Source: a virus (Duplodnaviria > Caudoviricetes). From it: a stretch of 64,000 bases of DNA. The translations under genes were made by a program, and so were the position numbers. The stretch is taken from the IMG/VR virus record IMGVR_UViG_2920580016_000002, positions 1 through 64,000 of that record, one strand, 5' to 3'. Shown here piece by piece: positions 8,772 through 17,627 of this stretch. Each line of letters starts with the position of its first letter. Within the stretch, counting starts at the first letter, position 1. The notes beneath the pieces are model-generated. The model saw nothing but the letters and a program-made list of their open reading frames with translations, did no database searches and was not told the DNA's origin.

Positions 8772-8795
8772 AGACCACACAGAAAGGCGGGAGAA

Positions 8796-9314
8796 ATGGC
8801 ACCTCGCATTGACAAGAACCTGGTGATCGTTCTGGACCACACGCGATTTCAGGGGTTCGGTCACATCTACGCCAAGCCGTTCGTAGAGAACAACGGGTTC
8901 GAGCCGACCGGTAAGGGTGATCTCCTAGCCCCCGGACTTGGTAGCCGGTGGGGCTGGGAGCGTAATTACAACTGGCTGCGTGATCTCCGAACGTCAGCGC
9001 AATACACCATTGGGCACGCGGACGGAGGCTTGTACGGCTACGACATCCACTATTCACAGCCGTTCAGTGTCCAGCTCTACCAGGCGGAGGCGATGGTTAA
9101 GGCACTCCGCAAGATCCATCGAGAGATGGACAAGCTGAAGAGCACTCACGGCTACCCCGATTCCTATGGGGAGTACGTCGCGCACTTCGCTATAGCTATC
9201 GGCTGCAACCGCTTCGCCACCTGGCAGAACGGCACGCGTAGCTACATGTGGATGAACACAGCCGAGATGCGTACTTGGGTGGAAGGCGTCTTTCGCGAGG
9301 CGGTGGCGGCCTGA
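8796..9314 (+). CDS. hypothetical protein
   Basis: Leader motif before ATG. Confidence 0.75.
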   Translation: MAPRIDKNLVIVLDHTRFQGFGHIYAKPFVENNGFEPTGKGDLLAPGLGSRWGWERNYNWLRDLRTSAQYTIGHADGGLYGYDIHYSQPFSVQLYQAEAMVKALRKIHREMDKLKSTHGYPDSYGEYVAHFAIAIGCNRFATWQNGTRSYMWMNTAEMRTWVEGVFREAVAA

Positions 9315-9315
9315 C

Positions 9316-9549
9316 ATGGAAGACGTACGCGAGGCTGACAGGCCCATGGTGGGCATTGTGGCCTGGTCCAATCAGGTCTGTGTCTACCGTCTCCCCGATT
9401 ACGCCGATTGTTTCCAGTCGATTGCCGTTCTCTGGGGTGAATACCTCTCGGGAACGGTAGTGCTGGAAGTGACGCCGGACGCATGGGAAGCCGAGCGAGA
9501 CGAGCTGCTTTCCGCGCCGGATATCACGGTAGCGACCTTCGGTTTCTAG
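9316..9549 (+). CDS. hypothetical protein
   Basis: Packed ORF with GAGG RBS. Confidence 0.6.
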   Translation: MEDVREADRPMVGIVAWSNQVCVYRLPDYADCFQSIAVLWGEYLSGTVVLEVTPDAWEAERDELLSAPDITVATFGF

Positions 9550-9683
9550 GCGGTCTAGGGGGATGCGCGGACACGCGCCGCGCGTCCCTCAGTCCGATGT
9601 GACTCCGGACTATTCCCCACTGCTAGAAAACCGTGCGTCTCTCAAACCGGGAGGCGTGCGGCGCAACGCCCAAAGGATGAGCC

Positions 9684-10268
9684 GTGACACCTATTCCCCT
9701 CCCGGTTTCTGACGAGACGCACGAGCGTTTCGTGGCCAACATCATCTACACGTACGGCCACGCGACACAGGACCAGTGGGAGCGCGGTAAGACCTGGTAT
9801 CACCAGGCTAACCAGCTCGCCGCGATGATCTCGGGTGGCGACGTAGTGACCGGTGCAGGCGTCATCGCTGCCCTGTCGAGTAACAAGCGGTGGAGCGATA
9901 ACACGAAGCTGGCTGCTCGCGCGTTCCTGCGTGGCGAACCGTCGGGGCACGTCGGTGATGCCCTGACGAAAGCGGCTCGGATCATGGCGGGCGAGCGGCC
10001 TACTGATGTTCTCCCCATGTCCAGCAAAACGGGCCAGTTCTTTCTGTGCATCGCCAATCCGGCCGATCCTCAGGCGGTCTGTGTGGACCGGCACGCGCAC
10101 GACGTAGCCGTTGGCGTGAGGTACGGCAGCGAGAATCGCGGCCTTAGCTCTAAGGCGCGCTACCAGGCCATCGCGGACGCGTACAGAGATGCCGCGCGGC
10201 GGCTTGATGTCCTTCCCCTGACGGTTCAAGCCGTCTGCTGGGTTGTCCAGATCGAAAGCAGCAACTAA
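9684..10268 (+). CDS. HhH/endonuclease III-like phage protein (DUF7178-like putative base-excision enzyme)
   Basis: G..WY..A, AGVIAALS, KT..F, VCVDRHA and Y..IADAY..AA...LP..VQA.CWV motifs. Confidence 0.6.
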   Translation: MTPIPLPVSDETHERFVANIIYTYGHATQDQWERGKTWYHQANQLAAMISGGDVVTGAGVIAALSSNKRWSDNTKLAARAFLRGEPSGHVGDALTKAARIMAGERPTDVLPMSSKTGQFFLCIANPADPQAVCVDRHAHDVAVGVRYGSENRGLSSKARYQAIADAYRDAARRLDVLPLTVQAVCWVVQIESSN

Positions 10269-10286
10269 CACAGAAAGGCGGAAGTT

Positions 10287-10856
10287 ATGTCCACAGAGTT
10301 TCTGACCATGGCTCGCGACGTGGCCCGTGAAATGGGCGGCTGGGATGTGCGGGGCGGTCCCTGGCCGAATCAGTTCTACATCTACGACGGCGACCAAAAG
10401 CTGTGCCTGACGTTCGACGACCTTGACGACACAGGCCGGGTCAACATCAGCACCAGCTACCCGGAACGGTCGGGCGAGGTATACGGCGTGAGGCAGTACA
10501 ACATCGGCGTGTCCTTCAAGCGCGGGGCGGCGGTGATCGCCCGCGAGATCAAGCGGCGGCTTCTGCCTAACTACCTGGCGGAGTTGGAGCGCGTGAAAAA
10601 GGAAATCGCCGAATTCGTAGAGGCGGAGCGCCGACAGGTGGCCAACGCTAAGGCGATAGCTGGCGCTCTCGGCGTGGAGTGTGCGGCGGTTGTTCACCCC
10701 TCCGGCATCTACGTGCGTACCGGATACAGCGGCGACTACCAGGACGTTGGTCGCCCCGAATTCCGCGTGTTGGGAAGCGGAAATGTTGAAATCAAGATCC
10801 ATGCGCGGGCCGACGTCGCGCTGAAGCTCGCCGAATTCATGGCGACAATCAAGTAA
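10287..10856 (+). CDS. hypothetical protein
   Basis: Leader motif before ATG. Confidence 0.75.
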   Translation: MSTEFLTMARDVAREMGGWDVRGGPWPNQFYIYDGDQKLCLTFDDLDDTGRVNISTSYPERSGEVYGVRQYNIGVSFKRGAAVIAREIKRRLLPNYLAELERVKKEIAEFVEAERRQVANAKAIAGALGVECAAVVHPSGIYVRTGYSGDYQDVGRPEFRVLGSGNVEIKIHARADVALKLAEFMATIK

Positions 10857-10946
10857 CAACGGTCGCGAGCGCTTCTGGCATCGCCCGGATTTCCGGGCGG
10901 TGTCAGTGGCACGGCGAACGTGTCAGCCACACACAGAAAGGCGGTA

Positions 10947-11291
10947 ATGATGAAGCTGCTCAGTCTGTTCAAGCGCACGCCGCGCTACATCGTCGAGATC
11001 GCGCACGACGAGCTTTATGCCACATGCCTTAACCCCGACTGCCCGATGGACCTGGAGCAGATCAAGCTCCTAGACAACGGGGATGAGGCGGCCTATCACA
11101 TCGCGGTCTATCAGGTGTGCCCCGATGGCCACGGTAGCGAGTGCCCGCATGCCAATTTGATCGCCGACACCACCTGTATCGCGGACTACGGCCTTCCTAC
11201 GGGGCGATACAGCACCCCGGACGACATCGGCGGATCTGACTATCTACGCGATGTCGCTAGCGGCATCTGGCCTGGAAAGGTGGCGGCGTAA
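10947..11291 (+). CDS. Cys/His-rich hypothetical protein
   Basis: Leader motif before ATG 10947. Confidence 0.7.
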   Translation: MMKLLSLFKRTPRYIVEIAHDELYATCLNPDCPMDLEQIKLLDNGDEAAYHIAVYQVCPDGHGSECPHANLIADTTCIADYGLPTGRYSTPDDIGGSDYLRDVASGIWPGKVAA

Positions 11292-11542
11292 TGAATGAGC
11301 GGTCGCGACTCTGCGTGCCCATCGAGCGGGAGATTTACCGGCTGCTGCTGGAGCGCGTCCCGAACAATGCAGACCGGCTCCCCACGTTCGAGACCATCAA
11401 CGATATGGACGAGCAGGTAGCCCATGCGGCTATGAACTGCATAGAGAACTATCTGGCGGACAACGGAAGCCTGTGGCACTTCACCAGGCGGAGGCGCGTA
11501 CGCGAGTGGGCCGAGAACACCCTTAAGCGATTCGGTCTCTAA
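11291..11542 (+). CDS. hypothetical protein
   Basis: TAATG stop/start overlap. Confidence 0.7.
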   Translation: MNERSRLCVPIEREIYRLLLERVPNNADRLPTFETINDMDEQVAHAAMNCIENYLADNGSLWHFTRRRRVREWAENTLKRFGL

Positions 11543-11558
11543 GAGAAAGGCGGATGTA

Positions 11559-11822
11559 ATGAACGTTGCCCAAATCATCTGGTCTATGTCGCGGAGCCTC
11601 TCCCGATATGAGAATGCCCGCACGATCCTCGGAGAGACGTACGCGAAGCTCAGCCGTACCGATGTGCCCCCGCTAGACAGCGCACGGGAAGCGCTCGCGT
11701 ACGTGACAGACCACATCGGTTATGCACCCGGTCAGTCGCCAGACACCACGCTCAATGACGCGGTGGCTGTGCTGTCCATGTACGTGGCGATTCTCACTTT
11801 GGCCGACAAGTACGAGAGCTAA
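11559..11822 (+). CDS. hypothetical protein
   Basis: AGAAAGGCGG RBS. Confidence 0.7.
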   Translation: MNVAQIIWSMSRSLSRYENARTILGETYAKLSRTDVPPLDSAREALAYVTDHIGYAPGQSPDTTLNDAVAVLSMYVAILTLADKYES

Positions 11823-11838
11823 GGGAAAGGCGGAAGTA

Positions 11839-12141
11839 ATGGCACGCAAGGTAAAGCCGATGTGGACTCTCGTGCAGCACAGCGCTTATGGATGGGACCG
11901 CAAGGAGGGGTTCCGGCACATGGTAGAGACCAGGTCTGTTCTCGATCGTGTCCAGCAGCGGGAGATTGAGCGCCTGGGCGGCCTGCTCTTCGAGAGCTAC
12001 ACCGACGCCGATGAGGCGGAGTACCGGGAGAACTACCCCGAAGGTGCCGATCTCCTCGCCGGGAAGGTACGCGGCACCTTCGCCGAGTACAACCTTGACG
12101 GACTGAAGCTCTACATTCCCGCGAAAGACGACACGGCCTAA
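11839..12141 (+). CDS. hypothetical protein
   Basis: GAAAGGCGG RBS before ATG 11839 (MARKVKP). Confidence 0.7.
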   Translation: MARKVKPMWTLVQHSAYGWDRKEGFRHMVETRSVLDRVQQREIERLGGLLFESYTDADEAEYRENYPEGADLLAGKVRGTFAEYNLDGLKLYIPAKDDTA

Positions 12142-12233
12142 CGGGTCCTCTGGTCACCATGCCTGCCCCGAATTCTGCGGTGGGCATGGGCGGCTGGGGC
12201 GTCCGCTAGGGCGATCACACAGAAAGGCGGGAG

Positions 12234-12491
12234 ATGGGAAAGCACCGCAAGACCAGCATGCCGAATCCGACCAGCAACGTGGCCAACGAGCACGGCGCGA
12301 TGCTGGCGAGGTTCGGAACGACGGCACCCGAGGCCGAAACTCTCCTCCGTTTCGGCTCTTTGGTCCTGTCCAACATCGCTACTGGCTTCGCTCCTGATCG
12401 GGCAACGGCGGCGGCGCTGCGCTCCTTCAGCGATCCGGAAAACGTGGTCGAACTGGGGGCGTCGGTCTGGGAACGCATCGAAACCGAATAA
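12234..12491 (+). CDS. hypothetical protein
   Basis: Leader motif before ATG. Confidence 0.7.
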   Translation: MGKHRKTSMPNPTSNVANEHGAMLARFGTTAPEAETLLRFGSLVLSNIATGFAPDRATAAALRSFSDPENVVELGASVWERIETE

Positions 12492-12511
12492 CACAGAAAG
12501 GCGGTAGAACA

Positions 12512-12892
12512 ATGCGAGACGTTCACCTGGAATTCCGGGACAGCGTCGGCTGGTGCGGGACGGCACCAGAGGATGAGAACAAGATCACGGATGACCGGCA
12601 GCTCGCCACTTGCGACGACTGCCGTACGGCATGGGAGAACTTCGACGCCTCCCACGATGCCGAGCTGCCGGAGGACTACGACGGGTCCGAGCCGGAGCTA
12701 CTGGCCAAGATGCGCAGGATCCAGGCCGGTGTGGCGGGCCGCATCGGAAACACCCTGATCGACATGCAGAGCGCGAACCTCTGGGTGCAGGCATACGAGA
12801 AGGGCAACGACAACACCAAGGCCAAGCTACTGGAGATGGATCCGGGAACGGCGTGCCTTGCGCTCTGGCGCATTGTTGGGCGGTCGAAGTGA
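12512..12892 (+). CDS. hypothetical protein with C...CxxC motif
   Basis: Leader motif before ATG. Confidence 0.7.
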   Translation: MRDVHLEFRDSVGWCGTAPEDENKITDDRQLATCDDCRTAWENFDASHDAELPEDYDGSEPELLAKMRRIQAGVAGRIGNTLIDMQSANLWVQAYEKGNDNTKAKLLEMDPGTACLALWRIVGRSK

Positions 12893-13065
12893 CCGCCCTT
12901 GAGATTGCTGCTCGGGCCGCGTTCTACGCCCGGCAGCGAGAGGCACAGGCGGTCGTGACGGACCTGAGTCGGCGGGAGCGCGCGGCGCGGCGCTCGGGTG
13001 ACCGGGCGCACGTACGAGCCATCCGGCGCGAGGTGCGGCGCATCCGCTCCGAGGCATCGGCCTAA
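12889..13065 (+). CDS. small Arg-rich hypothetical protein (MTALEIAARAAFYARQRE...)
   Basis: GTGA overlap with the upstream stop; fills the gap to the next leader. Confidence 0.55.
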   Translation: MTALEIAARAAFYARQREAQAVVTDLSRRERAARRSGDRAHVRAIRREVRRIRSEASA

Positions 13066-13091
13066 ACACCACACACAGAAAGGCGGTAGTA

Positions 13092-14060
13092 ATGGCAGAG
13101 ATCGAACAGCGGGAGATCCTCCTCCCCGAAGGCAATGTGTTCGTGTCCATCGAAGAGGCTCGGGGTGAGCGCGGGGAGCTGCCCACGTTGCGCGTGGCGA
13201 CGTCAACCCACACAGGCACCGACGCCGTAGAGACCACGGTCAAGATCAAGGCGCACGAGTACACCTTCCTCATGCGGGTCATGCACGGGACGAAGAAAAC
13301 GTGGTTGTACTCCCGCCAGGAGTGGCAGGAGGAGCACGGATGGCACACGGCAGACAACGAGCACATTCGAACGGCGGGCGGTAACGAGCTGGGCCGGTAC
13401 TCTCCTACCGGCGAGCGGCTGGCCAACGTCGCCGTCATCGCAGCACAGGAGTACGAGAAGCTCGTACCTGACTGGCGCGTGCGCAGCAAGATCGCGGCCA
13501 TGCACAAGGCCATGAGAGCCGATTGGCACAGCTACTACCTGAACACGCGCGAGGCGGTAGGGCTGCGGCTGCACTGCGCGGAGTTGGAAGAGGGTATTCG
13601 CGCGCTGCTGCCTGACCTCACTGAGGACCTGCCTCTGCCCGATTTCGCTCTCGACCTCAACCAGCCCCACTTCCGCGAGATCTACGGCGAACACGAGTGG
13701 TGGCACACAGAGGGCGACGTCTACGGAAACCCCGGCATGTGGCACGTGCCTGGCTGCCCGGTGACGTGGCGGGCCGGTGCGGTCCGCAAGGAAACCGCGC
13801 CCATCATGCGACTCCTGGTGAAGGGCGGCGCGCTGTGCGGCTGCGTGCCTGACAAGACCACGGCTGTGGAGATGCCCGACGGCAGCCTGCGATGGCGGCC
13901 AAGCGGCCTGGCCTGGCACCGCTGGGCGGTGGTTGAGAAGGTCGCCGAGGAGTCACGGCTGGTGAGCTGGCACCTGACAGAGGACGACGTCATAGCCGCT
14001 GTCGGGCGAAGCCAGAACCCCACGGCGTGGGCCGCTCGCGCATACCTCACGCAGCCCTAG
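13092..14060 (+). CDS. hypothetical protein (322 aa; C-terminal H..GC / CGC possible metal site)
   Basis: Leader motif before ATG. Confidence 0.75.
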   Translation: MAEIEQREILLPEGNVFVSIEEARGERGELPTLRVATSTHTGTDAVETTVKIKAHEYTFLMRVMHGTKKTWLYSRQEWQEEHGWHTADNEHIRTAGGNELGRYSPTGERLANVAVIAAQEYEKLVPDWRVRSKIAAMHKAMRADWHSYYLNTREAVGLRLHCAELEEGIRALLPDLTEDLPLPDFALDLNQPHFREIYGEHEWWHTEGDVYGNPGMWHVPGCPVTWRAGAVRKETAPIMRLLVKGGALCGCVPDKTTAVEMPDGSLRWRPSGLAWHRWAVVEKVAEESRLVSWHLTEDDVIAAVGRSQNPTAWAARAYLTQP

Positions 14061-14167
14061 CGGGTCCTCTGATCACCGCGCGTCTACCTAACCGGGACAG
14101 GCGCGCGGCCGGTCGGGGCGTCCGCTCGGGCGATCACCAACACACAGAGAAAGGCGGTAGATCCGTC

Positions 14168-14437
14168 ATGCCCAAAGTCCTGATCTTCCCTTACCAGCGT
14201 CCCCAGAGCCGAGTTCCCGACGTGCGCGGCCTGGGCTGGGTGGCCCGTCGCGCCCTCATGATGCGGGCGTCATTCAAGCTGGAACGCCTGGAGAAGGGCA
14301 CGAGCATCCTCATCGGCCAGACCTTCGACGGCGACGAGCGGACCAAGCTCAAGGCGCAGCTCCAGCAGATCAAGGCGGATCTCCGCGCTATCCGGAAGTA
14401 CGCCAGCGATGGTTTCCCGGCTATCCGGGAGGTCTGA
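14168..14437 (+). CDS. hypothetical protein
   Basis: Leader motif followed by ATG 14168. Confidence 0.65.
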   Translation: MPKVLIFPYQRPQSRVPDVRGLGWVARRALMMRASFKLERLEKGTSILIGQTFDGDERTKLKAQLQQIKADLRAIRKYASDGFPAIREV

Positions 14438-15211
14438 GTGCTCGCCCGATTTTTCTGCGGTGCCCCTGAGCTGAGCTGGGCAGAAGAGCACGGCGACATA
14501 GGGCCGTTGTTCATCAGCTTCAACCGCATTTCCCGGTTAAAGTTTCGGCCGATCATCATCACCACGGATTTCGCTATCGACTCAGGCGGCTTCACACAGC
14601 TTTCCAAGGGCGGTTGGCCTGATGGCTGCGAAGAGCCCTACATCGCCGCGATTCGCAGGCTCAAGCGGCACATCTGGAAGGGTGCGCAGCACCTTCAGTG
14701 GATTGCCCCGCAAGACTGGATGTGCGAGGAAGAGCAGCTAGCCAACACCGGCCTTACGGTGCTCGAACACCAGCAGCGCACCGTACAGAACTTCGTTCGC
14801 CTCACCGAACTTGCCCCCGATCTTCCATGGGCCATGGCGGTGCAGGGCACGAAACCGTCTGAGTATCTCCGCATTCTCGACATGTACGCGGATGCGGGAG
14901 TGGATCCCCACGCGCAGAAGATCGTCGGTGTCGGTTCGATCTGTCGTATTCAGCACACAGACCTGGCCGTAGAGATCATCGAGTCCTTGCACAATGCCGG
15001 GCTGCGGAAGCTGCACGGATTCGGGCTGAAGACTGAGGGGCTCGCAAAGGTCGGGCACCTTCTTACCTCCGCCGATTCGATGGCCTGGAGTGAGCACGCC
15101 CGGAAACAAAAGATCCGTCTCGACGGGTGTCCACACAAGCGGTGCGTCTCTTGCCCGAAGTACGCCAAGCAATGGCGGAACAGGCTCATCCAGCGCGGCC
15201 TAGCCGCTTAA
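14438..15211 (+). CDS. DpdA/TGT-like (queuine tRNA-ribosyltransferase-like) base-exchange protein
   Basis: FAIDSGGF, APQDWMCE, VQG, VGVGSICR, LHGFGLK and SADSMAWS motifs plus C-terminal C.H..C..C. Confidence 0.8.
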   Translation: MLARFFCGAPELSWAEEHGDIGPLFISFNRISRLKFRPIIITTDFAIDSGGFTQLSKGGWPDGCEEPYIAAIRRLKRHIWKGAQHLQWIAPQDWMCEEEQLANTGLTVLEHQQRTVQNFVRLTELAPDLPWAMAVQGTKPSEYLRILDMYADAGVDPHAQKIVGVGSICRIQHTDLAVEIIESLHNAGLRKLHGFGLKTEGLAKVGHLLTSADSMAWSEHARKQKIRLDGCPHKRCVSCPKYAKQWRNRLIQRGLAA

Positions 15212-15229
15212 CACAGAAAGGGGAAAGAA

Positions 15230-15475
15230 ATGACGGATCTCAAAGCCTGGCATATGAACGTGCCGGAGCTGGGCGCGTGGAACGAGGTCGCGACCGGTGC
15301 ATGGCAGCTACACAACTTCGGCAAGCAGCTCGACGACATCGCCTTTCAGGTGCTCAAGCAGGCGCGGCACTACCCGAAAGCCGCTGAGCAGGTGATCACT
15401 GGGCTGAACGAGCAGATTGCCCACCTGGTCAAGCTTCGTGACGACCTGACCGCGTTCAACCAGAACCAGCGCTAG
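15230..15475 (+). CDS. hypothetical protein
   Basis: ACACAGAAAGGGG leader. Confidence 0.7.
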   Translation: MTDLKAWHMNVPELGAWNEVATGAWQLHNFGKQLDDIAFQVLKQARHYPKAAEQVITGLNEQIAHLVKLRDDLTAFNQNQR

Positions 15476-15507
15476 CCCCTACCCAATCACACAGAAAGAG
15501 GGAAGTA

Positions 15508-16026
15508 ATGCCCTTCGACAACCCCTCCCTTCTCGTCACCTTCGTTGGTGAGGGTGAGCACCGGCACGAAGAGCTGGAGTTCGACCTGCTTGACGTCGAG
15601 CTGGCGGAGCTGCAAGACGAGATCCGGAAGGCCATTGGGCCGTGCTACACGATCGAGACGGACGACGACGACTGGGAAGGCGTTGCCGTCGCAGAGGCGG
15701 CGTCGGCGCACGACCTGTGGCAGCTCGCCCGGACGGCTCACAAGCTGGACTATTCGGAGGCGTTCTTGGCCTGGGTGGCGCACGTCCGGCCCTACAGCAT
15801 CCGCAGCCTAAACCTGGAGGAGGCGGTTGAGGATTTCGGCAAGGAGTTCGTCGGAGCTTTCGAGAACTTCGAGGCGTACGGGCGTGACTCGCTGGCGGAT
15901 GAGATCTTGCGCTTCCCGGCGCTGGATACGTTCTTCGACTTCGAGGGGTACGGCGAATGGCTGGCTTCCGACTACACATCGGTTGACCTGAACGCGGGCG
16001 GCTTCGCGCTGTTCAGGAAGGTCTGA
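15508..16026 (+). CDS. ardA: antirestriction protein, ArdA family (DNA mimic)
   Basis: Very acidic; EAFLAWV, F.G.FE..E.Y and FFDFEGYG..L motifs with a FALFR C-terminus. Confidence 0.8.
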   Translation: MPFDNPSLLVTFVGEGEHRHEELEFDLLDVELAELQDEIRKAIGPCYTIETDDDDWEGVAVAEAASAHDLWQLARTAHKLDYSEAFLAWVAHVRPYSIRSLNLEEAVEDFGKEFVGAFENFEAYGRDSLADEILRFPALDTFFDFEGYGEWLASDYTSVDLNAGGFALFRKV

Positions 16027-16030
16027 GGCC

Positions 16031-16402
16031 ATGGCCAACAAGGTCATTCGCAAGTCTGACGGTGCGCGCGGCCAGTGGGTCTTGCGGGCTCAGCCGCAGA
16101 ATCACTCCATCTACGAGTGGCACGACACTCAGCCGATGTTCGCCCAAGAGATCCTTCCTCATAGCGATGTGGCCGACCCGCACGACCGCGAGGGCGGGCG
16201 CTGGGGGCAGGTGGCGGAGCTGGCGCAGGCTGCTTCTGGCGCGGCCGGAGTGCTGGGCGAGATCGCCGCACACTGCATGAACGGCGGTTGGTACAACGAG
16301 ACGGAGCGGGACGCCAAGCGGCAGCTTGAGCGGCTGGAGCACATCACGGCTCTGATGCGCGAGCGCGTAGAGGCTGCGTGCTGTACCGGGCGCAATCGCT
16401 GA
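16031..16402 (+). CDS. hypothetical protein
   Basis: Packed ORF with GAGG RBS. Confidence 0.65.
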   Translation: MANKVIRKSDGARGQWVLRAQPQNHSIYEWHDTQPMFAQEILPHSDVADPHDREGGRWGQVAELAQAASGAAGVLGEIAAHCMNGGWYNETERDAKRQLERLEHITALMRERVEAACCTGRNR

Positions 16403-16411
16403 AGGTCTGAC

Positions 16412-16454
16412 CGGGGTTGACTCCTAGAATCGAGTAGAGCTGGAGTCAACCCCG
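16412..16454. promoter_or_regulatory. perfect 13-bp inverted repeat CGGGGTTGACTCC-N17-GGAGTCAACCCCG upstream of the RHH gene
   Basis: Read directly from the sequence; intergenic, 13 nt before the ATG. Confidence 0.55.
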
Positions 16455-16467
16455 ATCGGAGTACACC

Positions 16468-16803
16468 ATGGCGTATTCAACGAGCATGTACCTGCCCGTC
16501 ACAGTCATCAAAGCAATGAACGAGAAAGCGGAGAAGAGCGGCCTTACCCTATCCGCTGTTGCGGCGGCTCTCGTAACGAGAGCACGGAGGGGCGAACTTC
16601 CCGCCGAGTTTCTCATTCCCCCGAAATTCGAGCGGGGCGAGACCAAGAAAACCCAGAACGTCTACCTTTCAGACGATGTCTGGACGGAGGGCGAAGGCGC
16701 TGCAATAATTCCTGAAAAGGACCGCCCGCGATTCGTTACGGCGCTGATGTACGCCTACTCGCGGTGCCTGGTAGACGTGCAGCTAACCGTCACCATTACC
16801 TAA
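16468..16803 (+). CDS. tandem ribbon-helix-helix-like DNA-binding protein
   Basis: Two beta-strand + helix-helix units: STSMYLP..VIKAMNEKAEKSGLTLSAV and TQNVYLSDDVW...PRFVTAL. Confidence 0.55.
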   Translation: MAYSTSMYLPVTVIKAMNEKAEKSGLTLSAVAAALVTRARRGELPAEFLIPPKFERGETKKTQNVYLSDDVWTEGEGAAIIPEKDRPRFVTALMYAYSRCLVDVQLTVTIT

Positions 16804-16829
16804 CACACACAGAAAGAGTAGCGGAGCAT

Positions 16830-17627
16830 ATGAAGGACCGGGAAAGCATCGAGAAGCGGGCACAGGCCATCCTTGCCAAGGCCGAATCCGCAGCCAAGCT
16901 CGGCAACCATGAGGAGGCGCAGACATATTTCGCTGCCCTCTCTGAGATGTTCCACAAGTACGACCTTGACGCGGCAGCGCTGAAGCCGGAGACGGAGGCG
17001 GGCCGCAAGGCAATCAACATCGTCACGTACTCCTTCCAGGTGTCCAACCAAGGCCAGCACGGGCGCGAGCGCGTTGAGGCTCTGTACGAATTCATCTGGG
17101 CCATGGGCTGCGCCGCCTCCGTGTGGGGCTGCAAGCGCAACACCTACGGTGCGCCGATCCGCTTCGAGGTGCTCGGGCCGGATGACGTTATGGAGCGGCT
17201 CAAGGTCCTGATCCCGGCTCTTCTGCTCCAGATGGACGCAGCGGCCAGCCAGTCGGCGAAGGCGTACCGGGAGCGCGAGCGGAAGGGGATGGAGTGGTTC
17301 TACCGCGACTATCCAGGCGAGCTGGCGTACAAGGTCAAGATCTGGTACCGGTCCGTCATCGTCGGCTACGGCAAGGGCGTAGCGCAGAAGGTATACGAGC
17401 GCATGCAGGTCATCCAGGAGGAGGCGGCAGGCACCGGCAAGGACCTGGTCTTGCTGGACCGCAGGACCGCCGTTGAGAAGGCGTACGAGGAACTCTGGCC
17501 GGACCTCAAGCAGATGCGCGAGATCAAGACTCGTGCTGACGCCGTGGAGGAAGGGCGCAAGCTCGGGCGAGCGGCCGACCTGGGAGACCAGCGTCTCGGT
17601 AACGAGCGCACGAGCATCACTGCTTAG
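16830..17627 (+). CDS. DUF2786-domain protein
   Basis: N-terminal I.KRAQAILAKAES....EEA..Y......HKY.L helix hairpin; leader motif upstream. Confidence 0.75.
   Translation: MKDRESIEKRAQAILAKAESAAKLGNHEEAQTYFAALSEMFHKYDLDAAALKPETEAGRKAINIVTYSFQVSNQGQHGRERVEALYEFIWAMGCAASVWGCKRNTYGAPIRFEVLGPDDVMERLKVLIPALLLQMDAAASQSAKAYRERERKGMEWFYRDYPGELAYKVKIWYRSVIVGYGKGVAQKVYERMQVIQEEAAGTGKDLVLLDRRTAVEKAYEELWPDLKQMREIKTRADAVEEGRKLGRAADLGDQRLGNERTSITA

Noticed and set aside
9622-9683. Possible fourth hammerhead (GAAAAC, motif hairpin, then GGATGAGCC)
   Set aside because: Lacks the CUGA core, the NUH site and stem I; at most a decayed copy, and GGATGAG can simply be the RBS of GTG 9684
9700-9719. Partial 17-bp motif on the minus strand (also partials at 3116 and 20730)
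   Set aside because: Wrong spacing or only the AACCGG core; not counted
5761-16817. Leader repeats read as a CRISPR array
   Set aside because: Spacing is irregular and contains whole genes; the Cas4-like gene is a common stand-alone phage nuclease
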